A program made the translations under genes and the position numbers. Under the pieces are notes generated by a model. The model was given only the letters and a program-made list of their open reading frames with translations. It ran no database searches and was not told where the DNA came from. Below, in pieces: positions 7,306-11,590 of a DNA stretch of 11,590 nucleotides. The stretch's first letter is position 1. Every line of letters starts with the position of its first letter. Source of the DNA: Candidatus Bipolaricaulia bacterium (GTDB lineage Bacteria; Bipolaricaulota; Bipolaricaulia; JBHIAT01); contig JBHIAT010000122.1 in NCBI GenBank assembly GCA_046758705.1, positions 1 through 11,590 of the forward strand, read 5' to 3'.

Positions 7306-8592
7306 TTAACGACGGTCCAGAATCCGGTCGAGCTGTCGCTGAACCTTCTCCTGGGCCTGTTGCAGAGCAACTTCAGGGAATTTTCTCTGATGGATCGCGT
7401 TCTCAACCGCGCGGTTCAATTCATCCCAGAGCAACCCGCCGACCGGCACAGGCGGCCGGGGACGGGAGTATTCCAAGCCATCGAGGAAAACGCGCATCTG
7501 TGGATCATCGGCGTACAGGGCCTGGGCCAGCTCACGGATCGCCGGGATGTGAGCGGTCTCTCGATTCCAACGCTTGTTTGCCTCCCCGGTGCTGATCCAG
7601 TGGATCAACTGCCACGCCTCATCCGGGTGTCGGGAGCCGACCGGGATGAACGAGGCGTGTCCGCCGGACCAGGTGGCCGTCTCTCCCCAAGACGGATGGG
7701 GGATGGGCGCGACCCCAAAATCGACATCCTGCGGCGCGTAGCGATCAAACTGGCGAAGCACCCAGTTCCCGGCAACCAGCATCGCCAGCCGTCCGCGAAT
7801 CGCCGGATCGCTTCCCGGTAGGATGGTCATCGACGTGAGCCGGGACAGCTTGTTTAGGTCGTAGCGCCGTGCGTAGCTCGTGATCCAATCGAGTGCCTTG
7901 ATCGCGTTGGGATCATCGGCGAAGGTGAATCGTTCGGTCTCCGGATCGTAGAAGTCAACCCCGGCGGTGAACGCCCAGGTGTAGAACCATCCCTCCGCGA
8001 ACCAGGGAATGAATCCAACCTGCAGATAGCTGCCTCGATCGTCGACTTGGGTGAGCTGTTCCGCATACCGATCCAGCTCCTCCCAGGTGTGCGGGGGCTG
8101 GTCAGGATCAAGTCCGGCACGACGAAACAGGGTCTTGTTGTAAAACAGCACCCGCACATCGGTTTCGAACGGGATCGCCCAGGTGTGCCCCTGGTACTGA
8201 ACCTCCTGCCAGGCGGCCGGATAGAAGGACGTACCGTGCAACTCTGCACGCTGCAGATAGGTGTCGATGGGGGAGATCGCATTCCGTGCCGCCCAGTTGA
8301 TGATGTTGAACCGGTCGAAGTAGACGACGACATCGGGGCCGGTGCCCGCGGCGATTGCCGTGAGCAACTTCTGATATTGGGAGGTCGACGGCGGCAGTTG
8401 GGTCAGTTTCAGCTGGATCTCAGGATGGGCGGCCTCAAAGTCCCGAAACAGCGTTCGCCAGGCCGGTAGGTCGACCGAGGACGGGTAATACCAGACGGAG
8501 ATCTCAACGCCGGCCGCCGCCTGGACGAACATTCCCCACGCCAACAGACTGAGGAGAATCATCCACGTCACCGAACTTTTCTGTCTCCACAT
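7306..8592 (-). CDS. Carbohydrate ABC transporter substrate-binding protein (family 1)
   Basis: Signal peptide MWRQKSS...VQAAAG; FEAAHPEI, KLLTAIAAGTGPD, LFYNKTLFRRAGLDP, P.TWEEL. The start was moved from 8730 (ORF track) to ATG 8592 because the extension is promoter DNA and would bury the signal peptide. Confidence 0.93.
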   Translation of the reverse strand: MWRQKSSVTWMILLSLLAWGMFVQAAAGVEISVWYYPSSVDLPAWRTLFRDFEAAHPEIQLKLTQLPPSTSQYQKLLTAIAAGTGPDVVVYFDRFNIINWAARNAISPIDTYLQRAELHGTSFYPAAWQEVQYQGHTWAIPFETDVRVLFYNKTLFRRAGLDPDQPPHTWEELDRYAEQLTQVDDRGSYLQVGFIPWFAEGWFYTWAFTAGVDFYDPETERFTFADDPNAIKALDWITSYARRYDLNKLSRLTSMTILPGSDPAIRGRLAMLVAGNWVLRQFDRYAPQDVDFGVAPIPHPSWGETATWSGGHASFIPVGSRHPDEAWQLIHWISTGEANKRWNRETAHIPAIRELAQALYADDPQMRVFLDGLEYSRPRPPVPVGGLLWDELNRAVENAIHQRKFPEVALQQAQEKVQRQLDRILDRR

Positions 8593-8658
8593 GGTTATCT
8601 TCCAAGGATACCACAAGAGGATGCGTTGAATCAAGCTTTCATTGTGAAGTTCGTGGGG

Positions 8659-8687
8659 TTGACAGGGGGGGAACCCTATGTTATAAT
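8659..8687 (+). promoter_or_regulatory. Perfect-consensus sigma70 promoter
   Basis: TTGACA (8659-8664), 17-nt spacer, TATAAT (8682-8687). Confidence 0.85.
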
Positions 8688-8692
8688 TAGGT

Positions 8693-8707
8693 CGGTAAAC
8701 GTTACCG
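8693..8707. promoter_or_regulatory. LacI/GalR-family operator-like palindrome
   Basis: CGGTAAACGTTACCG is near-palindromic with a central CG, upstream of a sugar ABC operon. A minus-strand TATAAT lies at 8716-8711. Confidence 0.6.
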
Positions 8708-9000
8708 CGAATTATACACATCTCCAGCACATGTCCTTATAACCCGGATTCAGACTGGTATCATCGGGGATCAAGACAACCAGTTCGTGGCGTGGTGCCA
8801 GCCGAAAGGGGTTTACAACCCAGCGGATTAGGGTTTATAGCACTGTTTCGCCTCCTTGGCGGTGTGAATTTTCCCCAGTCCGTATGAGGCCGCCGGTTCG
8901 ACTCCGGTATCCGCCGCAAGGCGGGCGAGCGAGGGAAACCGCATTCCGGTTGCCAACCCCACCTGGGAGGGCGGGTTCCCCTACCCGTCCTCCTGTTCTT
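8694..9000 (+). ncRNA. Candidate structured non-coding RNA (~300 nt; structured core ~8766-8960), family not recognised
   Basis: Lies between a perfect promoter and a + strand terminator with no credible + ORF. Contains GNRA-capped hairpins CC-GAAA-GG, CCGCC-GCAA-GGCGG and GG-GAAA-CC, and a T-arm-like GCCGG-TTCGACT-CCGGT. Confidence 0.6.
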
Positions 9001-9010
9001 ATCTTTATTT
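8966..9010 (+). terminator. Intrinsic terminator
   Basis: GGAGGGCGGGT-TCCCCT-ACCCGTCCTCC (11 bp, one G-U pair that forms only on the + strand) followed by TGTTCTTATCTTTATTT. Confidence 0.7.
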
Positions 9011-9011
9011 C

Positions 9012-9431
9012 TCAATCTTCTCGTTGCCTATGGTACTCGAATGATTCCAACCAATCCGGGTGTTCGTGGGCGAACTCAACGAACTCGGTGATACGATCCA
9101 AGGTGGTGGAGCTGATGTGATGCTCGAGGCCTTCGATATCACCTTGAGCGGTTTTGTCATCGACCCCGAGCAGCTCAAGGAACCGAGTGAGCATCTTGTG
9201 ACGCCTACGGATCGCCTTAGCGAGTTGTTCTCCCTTTTCGGTAAGGGTCACCAGGCCTCGGTACTTCCTATAAGTCACGAGGTTTTGGTCGGCGAGTCGT
9301 TGGATCATCTTAGTGACCGAGGGAGGTTGCACCTGCAGCCGCTTAGCGATCTCACCGACCCAGGCCTCCCCCTCCTCTTTGGTCAGTTGGTAGATCCGCT
9401 CGACGTAGTCCTCGACACTGGTAGTAGCCAT
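9012..9431 (-). CDS. mntR: DtxR/MntR-family metal-dependent transcriptional regulator (short form without FeoA/SH3 domain)
   Basis: S.EDYVERIYQL, IA.RL.V.PPSVTKMIQRL, Y.KYRG..LT.KG, RRH..L..FL..LGV, D.EG.EHH.S, close to the Bacillus MntR pattern. Confidence 0.9.
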   Translation of the reverse strand: MATTSVEDYVERIYQLTKEEGEAWVGEIAKRLQVQPPSVTKMIQRLADQNLVTYRKYRGLVTLTEKGEQLAKAIRRRHKMLTRFLELLGVDDKTAQGDIEGLEHHISSTTLDRITEFVEFAHEHPDWLESFEYHRQRED

Positions 9432-9440
9432 CTCAACCTG

Positions 9441-9468
9441 ATTATACTTCGACTGCCAGGAAAATCAA
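9441..9468 (-). promoter_or_regulatory. Promoter for mntR, probably a near-leaderless transcript
   Basis: Minus strand TTGATT (9468-9463), 16-nt spacer, TATAAT (9446-9441), then only 9 nt to ATG 9431; no Shine-Dalgarno. Confidence 0.55.
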
Positions 9469-9480
9469 ATCCCTACCCGG

Positions 9481-10692
9481 CTATGAAGCGAGTGCGAGCA
9501 GTCCGGTGAAGTACATGATCACCAGCCCGGTCAGCAGGCCGGCGACGTTAACGGGGTGGCTCAAGGCGCCCTCCGGTTCCTGGCGCATCTGAACGATGAT
9601 CTCATAGATGACCTGGAAGATCGCGCCCGCGCCGACGGCGAGGAACAGGGTGCCGAGCAGGGGGGAATAGCTGAACCCTCCGATCCAGGCGCCGAAGATC
9701 GTCGGTCCGCCGGCGATCAGCCCCAGCCATGCCAGGTGCTTGAGCCCGGGGCGATCCCGGGCGATCGGCGCGACAATCGCCAACCCCTCGGTGGTGTTGT
9801 GGAGCGTGAAACCCAAGATCAAAAACGCACCCAACGCGATCTCCCCAAGCGCGTAGGCGGTGCCGATGGCCAATCCCTCACCCAGGTTGTGCAGACCGAT
9901 CCCGATGGCCACCAGATAGGCAATCCACAGATGACCGAGCCGACCCTCACGCTCCGCCCCCCCGAAGAATCTGCCGAGGGCCGTCAGGCCCAGGATGGTC
10001 CCGACAGCTCCCAGACCGATGAGTCCCACCCCCTGGAACACGCTTGGCAACGTCCCGGCCGTCTCGAACGCCTCCATAGTCGTGTCAATCCCCAGAAACA
10101 AAAGCAGACCCACGGTCAGGCTCAGGAAAAAGTAAAGCCAGCGGCGGCCGATCTCTCGGAGGAACGGGTACCAGAGTAGGCCGAGCAGGACAGGAATGAC
10201 GCCGACGTAGACACCGAGCAGGGTAAACACGCCAAACAGGCGGGCGTCTGGACGCGGCGTCTCGACGGCGACCTCGATCGCGCCGGTGAACGTCACGCCG
10301 GTTGAGGTAAGAAGTGTCACCTCATGAGGCTCCCCCTCGACCCAGGGATAAGGGATGGTGATCGTCGCCCGGCCCAGGCGCGACAGCGTCCGTCCCGGCT
10401 CGATGGAGTGGCTCCAGTATGCCTCGTCCACCAGAACCTGAGCAACGGTGACCGGCTCCGGCCCGCCGTTCACGACATGAACGATCATCTCCCCCGGCCG
10501 CAGGGTGATCCGCTCGATCGTCAACTCCTCGATCGGTGGGAATCCGGCCTCAATGAACCCCAGTGGATCGGTGACGAAGAAGATCGCGATTAAGATCCCC
10601 AGTAGAACCAGGGGGGTAAGTCCGGCCAACCATCTCGACAGCGCCGGGCTCCGCACTTCGCCTTTTTTTACAGATGTTGACTCCTGTGACAT
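9481..10692 (-). CDS. ZIP (ZupT/GufA-like) family metal transporter with N-terminal extracytoplasmic beta domain
   Basis: GIGLHNLGEGLAIG and LHNTTEGLAI metal-site motifs; about 8 transmembrane segments after an N-terminal TM plus soluble domain (V.NGGPEPVTVAQV.VD.AYW...YPWVEGEPH); AGGAGG RBS. Confidence 0.9.
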   Translation of the reverse strand: MSQESTSVKKGEVRSPALSRWLAGLTPLVLLGILIAIFFVTDPLGFIEAGFPPIEELTIERITLRPGEMIVHVVNGGPEPVTVAQVLVDEAYWSHSIEPGRTLSRLGRATITIPYPWVEGEPHEVTLLTSTGVTFTGAIEVAVETPRPDARLFGVFTLLGVYVGVIPVLLGLLWYPFLREIGRRWLYFFLSLTVGLLLFLGIDTTMEAFETAGTLPSVFQGVGLIGLGAVGTILGLTALGRFFGGAEREGRLGHLWIAYLVAIGIGLHNLGEGLAIGTAYALGEIALGAFLILGFTLHNTTEGLAIVAPIARDRPGLKHLAWLGLIAGGPTIFGAWIGGFSYSPLLGTLFLAVGAGAIFQVIYEIIVQMRQEPEGALSHPVNVAGLLTGLVIMYFTGLLALAS

Positions 10693-10701
10693 GACATCCT
10701 C

Positions 10702-11590
10702 CTATTCAGCGACCACTTCGAAGAAGCTCATCCAGCCCAGCTCGGCGAACTCGCTCTGGTGGGCGTGAAACATATACAGCCCCGGCTCAAACCCGTTGAA
10801 ATCGAACTCGATGATGCCCCGCTGGGCCTGGCACTGCATCACCGTGTCCACCGTCCTCAGTGTCGGCTCCAACGTCGTGCCGTGGTCGTAGTAGTCGAAG
10901 AAGTTGGCATGCAAATGGAACGAGTTCACCGGATCGAACTCGGTGGCGTTGATGAGATAGATCCGCTGGCGCTGGTCTCGGCGGATGGTGATCGGCTTCT
11001 GCATGTAGGCGAACGCGACCGTGTTGGCGGCGTAGATCTCATTGTCCCCGTCGAAGTTCGTGTCGAAGCCGTTCATCACGATCACTATCTCGTTGACCGC
11101 TTGGCTCTCCGGGCGCCGGTGGTTGCGCCTTTTGGCGATCTCCCGGTCTCGGCCTTCATACTTCTCCGGGTCTGGATCGACGATGAACGCCCCGTACAGA
11201 CCCTTGTGGACATGACGCTTCAACGGGAGGGCATGGCAGTGATACAGGTGGCAACCGAACGGCTCGGCGTCGAATTCGTAGGTGAACGATTCGCCCGGAT
11301 TGATCACGCCCCTCCCCACACCGGGCACGCCGTCCATCGACGCCGGGTGGATGCCGTGAAAGTGAATCGTGTGAGGGTGCGATCCCGCATTGGTGAAGTG
11401 GATTCTGATGCGGTCGCCCTCGACGCAACGGATTGTCGGCCCCGGCACCTGGCCGTTGTACGTCCAGGCGGCAAAGAAGATCCCGGGGGCGACCTCGATC
11501 TCTTTGTCGACGGCGATAAACACGTACTCACGCAGGGTTCGGCCGTCCGGCAATTGGCTCTCCTCCCCGTAGTTGTACTCCTTCAGAAAC
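10702..11590 (-). CDS. Two-domain multicopper oxidase (5' end outside the window)
   Basis: WTYNGQVPGP.IR..EGD, HPHTIHFHG, YHCH...HVHKGLYG, SFHLHAN, MFHAH. The frame is open from the window edge (FLKEYNYGEESQLPDG...). Confidence 0.93.
   Translation of the reverse strand, partial: FLKEYNYGEESQLPDGRTLREYVFIAVDKEIEVAPGIFFAAWTYNGQVPGPTIRCVEGDRIRIHFTNAGSHPHTIHFHGIHPASMDGVPGVGRGVINPGESFTYEFDAEPFGCHLYHCHALPLKRHVHKGLYGAFIVDPDPEKYEGRDREIAKRRNHRRPESQAVNEIVIVMNGFDTNFDGDNEIYAANTVAFAYMQKPITIRRDQRQRIYLINATEFDPVNSFHLHANFFDYYDHGTTLEPTLRTVDTVMQCQAQRGIIEFDFNGFEPGLYMFHAHQSEFAELGWMSFFEVVAE

Noticed and set aside
8593-8730. 46-aa N-terminal extension of the binding protein in the ORF track
   Set aside because: It overlaps promoter and operator elements and would displace the signal peptide.
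8822-8918. Possible tRNA gene or tmRNA 3' end
   Set aside because: A T-arm and an acceptor-like stem are present, but there is no canonical D-arm, anticodon arm or CCA, and no tmRNA tag frame. Kept only as part of the ncRNA candidate.
1-11590. CRISPR array, retron or diversity-generating retroelement
   Set aside because: No regularly spaced repeats were seen, and the only RT-related sequence is the deleted intron ORF.

Overview
The window has two halves. The left ~4.7 kb is visibly less GC-rich and looks accessory. It holds a membrane-protein gene start apparently interrupted by an IS200/IS605-type end, nested ISKra4-family remnants fused to a tyrosine-recombinase C-terminus, an intact AbrB/MazE + RelE-like type II toxin-antitoxin pair, and a group II intron with an internally deleted RT ORF. 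It also holds a promoter-flanked ~120-nt structured RNA candidate and a beta-lactamase-family serine hydrolase. The GC-rich right half carries, all on the minus strand, a carbohydrate ABC operon (binding protein, two permeases, lectin-like lipoprotein) and a two-domain multicopper oxidase / ZIP transporter / MntR-DtxR cluster. The most notable unexplained signal lies between these operons: a perfect TTGACA-17-TATAAT promoter and an intrinsic terminator on the + strand enclose ~300 nt of apparently ORF-free sequence with GNRA tetraloops and a tRNA-like T-arm, a candidate orphan structured ncRNA that shares a LacI-type operator with the sugar operon. All family assignments come from motif recognition by eye; no searches or folding programs were run.
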